DNA from: Microcoleaceae cyanobacterium | GTDB lineage: Bacteria; Cyanobacteriota; Cyanobacteriia; Cyanobacteriales; Microcoleaceae | Reading direction: 5' to 3' | Assembly (NCBI GenBank): GCA_051652765.1 | Contig: JBOFUV010000004.1 | Coordinates: 1-24,250, forward strand | DNA: 24,250 bases | Part shown: positions 17,871 to 24,250 of the stretch, one piece after another | Layout of the letters: every line of letters starts with the position of its first letter | How positions within the stretch are numbered: position 1 is the first letter of the stretch | Translations under genes and position numbers: made by a program | The notes under the pieces: model-generated | Told to the model about the DNA's origin: nothing | Database searches by the model: none | Seen by the model: only the letters and a program-made list of their open reading frames with translations

Positions 17871-18962
17871 TTAAACATTGAACCGGAAGAGCATAACATC
17901 GCCTTCTTGCACAATGTATTCTTTGCCTTCACTCCGAACCAATCCCTTCTCCTTCGCAGTTGCCATGGAACCTAAGCTGACCAAATCCTGGTAAGCGACG
18001 GTTTCTGCCCGAATAAATCCTCGTTCAAAGTCAGAGTGAATCACTCCAGCTGCTTGGGGGGCAGACATGCCAGCCCGAATTGTCCAGGCGCGAGTTTCTT
18101 TGGGGCCAGTGGTCAAGTAGGTTCGCAAGCCCAGTAGTTCGTAGGTTGCTCTAATTAAGGACTTCAACCCTCCTTCCTGCACACCGAGGGAGGCGAGGAA
18201 GTCTACCCGCTCTGCTTCCGGCAGCTCCACTAATTCCGATTCAACCTGAGCTGAAACAATAACCACTTGGGCATTGTCTTGGGCTGCCAGCCCTCGTACC
18301 TGTTCTACCCACGAGTTGCCCGTTGCCAAATCGTCTTCAGACACGTTGGTTGCATAGATAATAGGCTTCCCCGTCAATAGCCCCAACGCTTTAACAGCTT
18401 CAGTTTCTTCTTCGGTCAAGTCAACGTGGCGTGCGGCTTGGCCTTCATTCAGGGCAGCTACGAGTTTTTCTAGCGCACCTAGCTCTAACTGCGCGTCTTT
18501 GCTAGTCCGGGCCTGCTTCCGAACCCGTTCCATCCGCCGTTCAATCTGAAACAAATCCGACAGTCCCAACTCTAAACTAATCACCTCAATATCTTGCACT
18601 GGGTCAACGCAACCAGAAACATGAATAATGTCATCGTCCTCAAAGCAGCGGACAACGTGAACAATGGCATCGACTTCTCGAATATGAGACAAAAACTGAT
18701 TGCCTAACCCTTCTCCTTGACTGGCACCTTTCACCAACCCAGCAATATCAACGAACTCAATCCGGGTCGGGACAACCTGCTCGGAGTTGGACAGCTTGGC
18801 CAACATCCCCAGCCGTTCGTCAGGCACAGCCACCACCCCCACGTTTGGTTCAATCGTACAGAAGGGAAAATTTGCGGCGGTAGCTTTAGCATTTGCCACT
18901 AACGCATTGAACAGGGTTGATTTACCAACGTTGGGCAGCCCAACAATTCCAGCTCTGAGCAT
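17871..18962 (-). CDS. ychF: Ribosome-binding ATPase YchF (Obg family)
   Basis: GIVGLPNVGKST, ANFPFCTIEPN, DIAGLVKGAS, AAGVIHSDFERGFIRAE, GDVMLFRFNV. Confidence 0.98.
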   Translation of the reverse strand: MLRAGIVGLPNVGKSTLFNALVANAKATAANFPFCTIEPNVGVVAVPDERLGMLAKLSNSEQVVPTRIEFVDIAGLVKGASQGEGLGNQFLSHIREVDAIVHVVRCFEDDDIIHVSGCVDPVQDIEVISLELGLSDLFQIERRMERVRKQARTSKDAQLELGALEKLVAALNEGQAARHVDLTEEETEAVKALGLLTGKPIIYATNVSEDDLATGNSWVEQVRGLAAQDNAQVVIVSAQVESELVELPEAERVDFLASLGVQEGGLKSLIRATYELLGLRTYLTTGPKETRAWTIRAGMSAPQAAGVIHSDFERGFIRAETVAYQDLVSLGSMATAKEKGLVRSEGKEYIVQEGDVMLFRFNV

Positions 18963-19276
18963 AGGGATCTAGAAGGATTTACTCTGTCAGGATAACAGAA
19001 TTGCACAAGTCATTCGTCATTTCCAGATTGACGTTCTGCTCGAAATCTACAAAGCCGAAAATTCAGATTCAGCAAAAGCAGTGAAAATAACTCTCACGCG
19101 ATCAGGGTTTTCTACTACAACGAATGAAGAATGAAACAGAGGAAAATCTAGTTAGGGCCGGGGCAAAGATAGGGTGTTTTCAAGCCGTGATCTGTATCCA
19201 TTCAACTCCTCGAAACAAGCCGGAGTCTCAACACTCAACTATCCCTATTTGTGACCCTCAAAGATGGAGCAAACCG

Positions 19277-19540
19277 ATGAAAAAGAAGACCAGAAAAGTT
19301 GAGCAATTCAAGACCGATCAAGAACAGGCTCTAATCACAGCGGAGTCTCTCAGAAAAAATATTTTGACCAAGGTGTTTCGGTGGAAAGGTGTCAGTTTGA
19401 ATCATGCAGAAACAGTAGCCAGTGATTGGCATCGAAAGAGTATCAAAAATGCATCTGAGGGAGAAATCCCCAGAATGCCAAGTGACGGAGAATTAGCAGT
19501 CATGATCGTTCGACTCATGAACAATCTTCCACTCAATTGA
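19277..19540 (+). CDS. Hypothetical orphan protein (about 87 aa), convergent with tRNA-Ser
   Basis: ATG 19277 with GGAG upstream; frame also open from ATG 19124; basic, probably helical, no recognised motif. Confidence 0.45.
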   Translation: MKKKTRKVEQFKTDQEQALITAESLRKNILTKVFRWKGVSLNHAETVASDWHRKSIKNASEGEIPRMPSDGELAVMIVRLMNNLPLN

Positions 19541-19628
19541 ACCGGGCTAGAGTCAGTCTGAATGCTTTTTCGACTCATGAACAATCTTCCACTCAATTGA
19601 ACCGGGCTAGAGTCAGTCTGAATGCTTT
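19509..19628. repeat. Exact 60-bp tandem duplication
   Basis: TTCGACTCATGAACAATCTTCCACTCAATTGAACCGGGCTAGAGTCAGTCTGAATGCTTT at 19509-19568 and 19569-19628. Confidence 0.97.
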
Positions 19629-19630
19629 GT

Positions 19631-19660
19631 GGAAAGGGGGCATTGTCCTCTTTCCTATTT
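19631..19660 (+). terminator. Intrinsic terminator-like hairpin between the orphan ORF and the tRNA-Ser 3' end
   Basis: GGAAAGGGGGC / GTCCTCTTTCC stem (G:U pairs favour the + strand transcript) followed by TATTT. Confidence 0.6.
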
Positions 19661-19665
19661 GTAAA

Positions 19666-19752
19666 CGGAGAGGGAGGGATTCGAACCCTCGTTAAAGTCA
19701 CCCCTAAACAGCATTTCCAGTGCTGCGCCTTCAACCGCTCGGCCACCTCTCC
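19666..19752 (-). tRNA. trnS: tRNA-Ser (anticodon GGA), long variable arm, CCA not encoded
   Basis: GGAGAGG/CCTCTCC acceptor, CAGCA-CTGGAAA-TGCTG anticodon arm, variable arm TTAGGG-GTGA-CTTTAA, GGTTCGAATCC, discriminator G. Confidence 0.97.
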
Positions 19753-19792
19753 AGGAGGGATTTGTAAAGTAGTCTACATTTCCAATTTTTCT

Positions 19793-19822
19793 AATATAGC
19801 AGATTCTTGACTGCTCTGACAA
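19793..19822 (-). promoter_or_regulatory. Sigma70-type promoter of tRNA-Ser
   Basis: TTGTCA (19822-19817), 18 nt, TATATT (19798-19793). Confidence 0.55.
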
Positions 19823-19876
19823 GATAGTGGGGCCATTCTTTTTTGAAGGACGGTGAGAGTTGGGTTAACCTCATCT

Positions 19877-19882
19877 TATAAT
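19877..19882 (+). promoter_or_regulatory. Candidate -10 box for the ferredoxin operon
   Basis: Perfect TATAAT about 130 nt upstream of the ATG; no clear -35. Confidence 0.35.
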
Positions 19883-20012
19883 TTCACTGAGTGCAATAAT
19901 TTTTACATCCAGTGTGGTTTGAGGAGGATAGAGCGTGTTGCTTGTACACTCCCATCCCCCGCACTGATGCGAAATTTTATGGACTTGTCTCAGTCTGAAT
20001 TATTAAGCTTCT

Positions 20013-20381
20013 ATGTCTTGTCCCCACACCATTCAGATTCACCATCGTCAGCGGGGTGAGCATTTCATTGTTAAAGTTCCTGAAGATCGCTACATTCTCC
20101 AAAGCGCTGAGAACCAAGGTGTTGATCTTCCTTTTGCCTGTCGTAACGGAGCCTGTACCACCTGTGCCGTGCGCGTCATCTCTGGAACACTCTACCAACC
20201 TGAAGCCATGGGACTCTCCCTAGAACTCCAGGATCAGGGCTATGCGTTGCTCTGCGTCAGCTATCCTCGTTCTGACTTGGAAGTTGAAACCCAAGATGAG
20301 GATGAGGTTTATGAATTGCAATTTGGACAATACTTTGGTAGGGGTCGAGTGAAGTCAGGACTCCCCCTCGATGAGGATTAG
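20013..20381 (+). CDS. fed2: 2Fe-2S ferredoxin with C-terminal extension (Fed2/FdC2 type)
   Basis: CRNGACTTC...LLCVSYP cluster motif; tail QDEDEVYELQFGQYFG...GLPLDED typical of this clade. Confidence 0.9.
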   Translation: MSCPHTIQIHHRQRGEHFIVKVPEDRYILQSAENQGVDLPFACRNGACTTCAVRVISGTLYQPEAMGLSLELQDQGYALLCVSYPRSDLEVETQDEDEVYELQFGQYFGRGRVKSGLPLDED

Positions 20382-20411
20382 CCTGATTAGTCTGAGAGGA
20401 GACTGAACGTT

Positions 20412-21008
20412 GTGCAGACTTTGAAAAAAACCTGGGAGTGCTGGATAGGTTTCCTTCGGTTTCTGCAACCGCTGCGCTTGCTCCCAATTCGTTGCAGGGG
20501 TTTTCTAGTGATTGTTCTGATGATTGTGCTAACAAGCTGTTCTACTCCAGAGACCCCTAGTGGAGTTACTGCTCAAGTTGAGCGAGTGGTTAGCGGGCAA
20601 ACCTTAGAAGTCATTGCCTCGAGTGGGGGCAGCTCGATCCTAGAAAGGGTTCGGCTTTTGGGTGTTTCAGCCCCAGACCTAAAACAAGAACCCTGGGGCT
20701 TTGCCGCGCGTCAACACCTTGAACAACTCTGCTTGGGAAAATCGGTTCTCCTCGAACTCGAAACTGAGCAGCGCGATCGCTTCGACCGCGTGTTAGCCTA
20801 TGTGTGGTTGAATGGAGTGTTGCTGAATGAGCAACTGGTACAAGACGGTTATGTCCTAGCGGATGATCAGTTGCCTCAGGGAAAATACAACCATCGCTTG
20901 CAACATGCCCAACAGGAGGCCCGCATTCTAGAACGGGGAATTTGGAACCCAGAAAACCCCTTGCGAATGACTGCCGATGAGTTTCGCAAGCAACAGATTC
21001 AGAATTAG
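20412..21008 (+). CDS. Thermonuclease (SNase)-family lipoprotein with non-canonical active site
   Basis: Lipobox LTSC after a hydrophobic stretch; VERVVSGQT, RVRLLGVSAPD, DRFDRVLAYVW, LNEQLVQDGY, QQEARILERGIW; GTG start uncertain. Confidence 0.82.
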   Translation: MQTLKKTWECWIGFLRFLQPLRLLPIRCRGFLVIVLMIVLTSCSTPETPSGVTAQVERVVSGQTLEVIASSGGSSILERVRLLGVSAPDLKQEPWGFAARQHLEQLCLGKSVLLELETEQRDRFDRVLAYVWLNGVLLNEQLVQDGYVLADDQLPQGKYNHRLQHAQQEARILERGIWNPENPLRMTADEFRKQQIQN

Positions 21009-21061
21009 GCACTGGATGCAGTGACCCGTTATCGAAGTGACCTGTTATTTGAGCAACCTGT

Positions 21062-21874
21062 ATGAGTGACCTGCAAACATTTTTAGATATTGCGACTCTG
21101 GCGGCTGAGGCTGGAGGATGGGTTTTGAAATCCTTCTTGGGAAATCTGGATGAAATCCAGGAAAAAGGAGGACGGTCTGGGGATTTAGTGACCGCAGCAG
21201 ACAAAGCCTCAGAAGCCGCCGTTCTGGATATTCTCAACCGTCATGTGCCCGATCATGGCATTTTGACCGAAGAATCAGGGGCCTTAGGTAATGCGGATAG
21301 CCCTTATCTCTGGGCCATTGATCCCTTGGATGGAACCACTAACTTTTCTCATCAGTACCCGATCTTTTCAGTCTCCATTGGGTTACTGATCGACGGCGTG
21401 CCCCAAGTAGGCGCGATTTTTGACCCCTCTCGCAATGAACTCTTTCAAGCAGCGAAAGGATTAGGAGCAACCCGAAATGCTCAACCCATTACGGTTTCCC
21501 AGGCTGAACGGTTGGAGAGTAGTCTATTGGTGACGGGCTTTGCCTATGACCGCCGCGAAACCAAAGATACCAACTATGCTGAATTTTGTCACCTGACTCA
21601 CTTAACTCAAGGGGTTCGGCGTGGGGGCTCTGCTGCGATTGATCTGGCCTATGTTGCCTGTGGACGGATGGATGGCTATTGGGAACGGGGACTGCAGCCT
21701 TGGGACATTGCGGCTGGCGTGATCATGGTAGAAGAGGCCGGAGGCAAGGTGACGGCCTATGATAGTACCCCCTTTCAAATTCAGTCCGGTCGAATCCTCG
21801 CGACTAACGGACATTTACATCCAAGTTTAAGTGATGCCTTGGTGAATACTCCGACATTATCAACCTGGGGTTAA
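21062..21874 (+). CDS. suhB: Inositol monophosphatase family protein
   Basis: DLVTAADKASE, TEES, WAIDPLDGTTNF, RRGGSAAIDLAYVACGRMDGYWE, WDIAAG. Confidence 0.93.
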   Translation: MSDLQTFLDIATLAAEAGGWVLKSFLGNLDEIQEKGGRSGDLVTAADKASEAAVLDILNRHVPDHGILTEESGALGNADSPYLWAIDPLDGTTNFSHQYPIFSVSIGLLIDGVPQVGAIFDPSRNELFQAAKGLGATRNAQPITVSQAERLESSLLVTGFAYDRRETKDTNYAEFCHLTHLTQGVRRGGSAAIDLAYVACGRMDGYWERGLQPWDIAAGVIMVEEAGGKVTAYDSTPFQIQSGRILATNGHLHPSLSDALVNTPTLSTWG

Positions 21875-21973
21875 GGGTGTATGGCAACGGGCAATCAGTT
21901 AAAATCAGAAAATGTAATACTCTGACTGGAATCATGAAGGAGTTGTTAAAACCAACTGTTGTGGCAATCTAAT

Positions 21974-22012
21974 TTGAGGTGTAAATCTTGAGGTGTAAAT
22001 CTTGAGGTGTAA
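21974..22012. repeat. 14-bp tandem repeat x2.8
   Basis: TTGAGGTGTAAATC x2 plus TTGAGGTGTAA. Confidence 0.9.
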
Positions 22013-22013
22013 G

Positions 22014-22059
22014 TGTGGAGTCGGCATCTTGCCTGCTTAGGCTAGAGTTCTTCACCACA
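22014..22059. repeat. Degenerate REP-like element related to the palindrome at 1-33
   Basis: TGTGGAGTCGGCATCTTGCCT...CCACA; shares GGCATCT(T/G)GCCT and the GGAGT/ACTCC flank. Confidence 0.55.
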
Positions 22060-22111
22060 GACATCTCAACAAATCGTTACAGATTTAGATTTTCTATCGG
22101 GCCAAGTTGTC

Positions 22112-22140
22112 AGAGCGAATTGTTAGAGCAAATTGTTAGA
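22112..22140. repeat. 13-bp tandem repeat x2.2
   Basis: AGAGCGAATTGTT AGAGCAAATTGTT AGA. Confidence 0.7.
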
Positions 22141-22258
22141 ATGTAGCGCAGGCATTTTGTCTGCAACAGTCGCTTAGGGAGTGTGGGGTTTTACCAAAAC
22201 GCATTGAACAGTGTCGTTACTTTCAAGTTTAAGTTTAAGTCGCTAAGGAAGGCAAACC

Positions 22259-23188
22259 ATGTCGTTTGAAGTCAAGCAAGGGCTATTTCAGCTTGGATTT
22301 ACGGATAGTCATGCAATTTTGGGGGTTCCCCTCAATGTTGAATTTAACGAAATTCGGAAGCGATATACCCGAATCGCCCGCCGTCTCCATCCTGACACTT
22401 GCCCCTTTAAAGATCCGGCTGAAAAAGAACTTGCTAAGCAGGTACTAGCTAAGTTAGTCAGCCCTGCTTACAACAGGTTTTCGAAGGAAGACGAACGGAA
22501 AGAATATGCGCTATTGCTCAAAACCATTGGCGATCGCGTCATCAAAGAACGGCAAACCCTACAGATTCAGAGTGAAACCGCAAAGCAACTGGTTAAAGCA
22601 CCAGACTACCAAAACACCTACGAAGCCCTACTCCAACAACTGGCTCAAAAACAATTTGATTCCCCTAGTCAGGTCGTCGCGATTATTGGCGAAATCAGTG
22701 AGTTGAATTTGGCCTACTTGCTCCGCAGTAGTCGAACGGGGGGAGTCTCAATGGCCCAACCTCAGGCCAAATCAGCAGCATCCAGTTCGGCATCGACGGC
22801 AACGTCAACTGCAACTGCAACTGCAACTTCATCAAGACCCCCAAAGGATTCCTTTGTTGATCAGGCGTGTCGTCGGGCCGAACAGTTAATTGCGACTCAG
22901 GACTACACCCAAGCCCTCTCAGAACTCAAAGAAGCCGTACGACGCGAACCAGACAACAGCCGCTGCCATGCCCTTCTGGGACTTGCCTATCTCAAACACA
23001 ATCAACCTAAAATGGCCAGCCCCCATATCAAGCGGGCCTTAACCCTTGATCCCAGCCAACCCCAAGCCCTAGAAGTTCAGAAGCAACTAGACAAAGCAGG
23101 GGCTTCCAGTACTGGGGCCAAAAAATCTCAACAAAAATCTTCAGAGGGTGGCTTGTTTGGGGGACTGTTTGGCGGTAAGAAGAAATAG
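22259..23188 (+). CDS. J-domain (DnaJ type III) protein with C-terminal TPR repeats
   Basis: HAILGVP...IRKRY..IARRLHPD; Ser/Thr/Ala linker; TPR-like ALSELKEAVRREPDNSRCHALLGLAYL...ALTLDP; AAGG RBS. Confidence 0.88.
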   Translation: MSFEVKQGLFQLGFTDSHAILGVPLNVEFNEIRKRYTRIARRLHPDTCPFKDPAEKELAKQVLAKLVSPAYNRFSKEDERKEYALLLKTIGDRVIKERQTLQIQSETAKQLVKAPDYQNTYEALLQQLAQKQFDSPSQVVAIIGEISELNLAYLLRSSRTGGVSMAQPQAKSAASSSASTATSTATATATSSRPPKDSFVDQACRRAEQLIATQDYTQALSELKEAVRREPDNSRCHALLGLAYLKHNQPKMASPHIKRALTLDPSQPQALEVQKQLDKAGASSTGAKKSQQKSSEGGLFGGLFGGKKK

Positions 23189-23231
23189 AGCGAAATTTAG
23201 GTGCTAGAAATTAGCACTAGGAACTGACACT

Positions 23232-24250
23232 ATGGTTCATCAGACCCCGTTGGGCGCACGGGATTTATTACCCTTGGACGTTGCCCAGAAATTTTGGATT
23301 GAAAACCGCTTACAACAGGTCTTTCACCGTTGGGGCTACCATCGCATTATCACCTCTACCCTGGAACGGTTGGATACCCTCACGGCAGGCGGAGCGGTAC
23401 AACGTTCAACGGTGGTGCAGTTGCAAGATGCGAATGATGAGGGATTAGGCTTACGCCCTGAACTGACGGCTTCCATTGCCCGAGCAACGGTGACTCGCAT
23501 GATGGGAGAGGACTGTTGGCCTCAACGGCTCTGGTACAGTGCGAATGTGTTTCGCAAAGGGAGTCAAGCCAGCTATGGTGGCCAACTCGAGTTCTATCAA
23601 GCTGGGGTGGAGTTGTTGGGAGCCGGAGGCTTACTCGCAGATACTGAAGTGTTGCTGCTGTTATTTGAGTGTCTGAACAGCCTGGGATTAAAAAACTGCC
23701 ATCTGATCTTAGGGGAAGCCGGACTCACCCAGTCCCTTCTGTCTGCTTTCCCAAAACCGATGCAAGAACCTGTGCGACGGGCGATCGCCAACTTAGATCA
23801 GATTGCCCTAGAGGCCCTGCCGTTGCCACCTGAGTTACAAAAGCTGGCCTTACTGCTGTTTGATCTGCGGGGAACACCAGAAGAGGTTCTAGCTCAAGTG
23901 ACTCAGCTCGACTTAGCGGAAACCCAGCAAGCTGCCTTAAATAATCTCAAATCTCTGATTGATTTACTGCAGCAACATGGGTCAGTCAGTCTAGCTCAAT
24001 CTAAAGTTCAATCTGAAGTCAAAACTGCCCAACCGTCAGTTGTTCTAGATCTGAGCCTGATTCAAACCTTTGACTATTACACGGGCTTAGTGTTTAGTGT
24101 GGTCAGCGATACGACTTCTGGAGCCAGGGTGTTAGGTCAGGGAGGACGCTATGATCAACTCCTAGGCTTGTATCATCCTCAGGGCAAAACGGAGCCAGGG
24201 ATTGGGTTTGTGCTCAATATAGAAGAGGTGCATCAAGCCTTGTTGACGAG
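23232..24250 (+). CDS. hisZ: ATP phosphoribosyltransferase regulatory subunit, runs off the window end (not in the ORF track)
   Basis: MVHQTPLGARDLLP, LRPELTASIAR, PQRLWYSANVFR, EFYQAGVELLG, DLSLIQTFDYYTGLVF, GQGGRYDQLL, PGIGF; no stop before 24250. Confidence 0.93.
   Translation, partial: MVHQTPLGARDLLPLDVAQKFWIENRLQQVFHRWGYHRIITSTLERLDTLTAGGAVQRSTVVQLQDANDEGLGLRPELTASIARATVTRMMGEDCWPQRLWYSANVFRKGSQASYGGQLEFYQAGVELLGAGGLLADTEVLLLLFECLNSLGLKNCHLILGEAGLTQSLLSAFPKPMQEPVRRAIANLDQIALEALPLPPELQKLALLLFDLRGTPEEVLAQVTQLDLAETQQAALNNLKSLIDLLQQHGSVSLAQSKVQSEVKTAQPSVVLDLSLIQTFDYYTGLVFSVVSDTTSGARVLGQGGRYDQLLGLYHPQGKTEPGIGFVLNIEEVHQALLT

Larger units (their letters stand above)
260..23788. repeat. Dispersed HIP1 octamers (GCGATCGC), at least 13 copies
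   Basis: Seen starting at 260, 4149, 5608, 8201, 8723, 9562, 10961, 14917, 17193, 17748, 20773, 22530, 23781; fewer than one copy expected by chance in 24 kb. Confidence 0.95.

Noticed and set aside
18963..19123. att duplicate of the tRNA-Ser 3' end
   Set aside because: No convincing copy of CGGAGAGGGAGGGATTCGAA found
19509..19628. CRISPR array or toxin-antitoxin RNA repeat array interpretation
   Set aside because: Two abutting copies with no spacer, no cas genes, and the repeat overlaps the ORF end instead of preceding a toxin gene
19402..19810. ORFs 19402-19746 (-) and 19622-19810 (+)
   Set aside because: Overlap tRNA-Ser and the 60-bp duplication; spurious
20257..21237. Minus-strand ORFs of 92 and 208 aa
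   Set aside because: Antisense to the ferredoxin, SNase-like and suhB genes; no motifs

Overview
Cyanobacterial chromosomal window: psaF-psaJ, a Tic22-family gene, a Fed2/FdC2-type ferredoxin and at least 13 HIP1 (GCGATCGC) octamers. Most of it is housekeeping. The left arm (minus strand) carries an SLH-anchored protein with two DUF1565-like beta-helix modules, a pentapeptide-repeat protein, a DICT + degenerate HD-GYP protein, a HAD hydrolase, an MFS exporter, a prmC-tsaC-atypical histidine kinase operon, Tic22, tRNA-Pro(UGG) and a Ycf52/NSI-like GNAT. The right arm carries a stand-alone GlnD-like tandem-ACT protein, an alpha/beta hydrolase, tsaD, psaF-psaJ, a Nit1-like amidase, ychF, tRNA-Ser(GGA), ferredoxin-thermonuclease-like-suhB, a J-domain/TPR protein and a 3'-truncated hisZ. 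I found no transposase, integrase, CRISPR array or rRNA. Best leads: (i) the GlnD-like tandem-ACT module head-to-head with a protein acetyltransferase; (ii) apparent pseudo-enzymes (HD-GYP, kinase ATPase domain, SNase lipoprotein) with lost catalytic residues; (iii) small orphan-ORF islets at the 3' ends of both tRNAs, one with an exact 60-bp tandem duplication; (iv) REP-like palindromes and many 10-14 bp tandem repeats. All family calls come from motif recognition by eye; no database search was run, so novelty is unverified.
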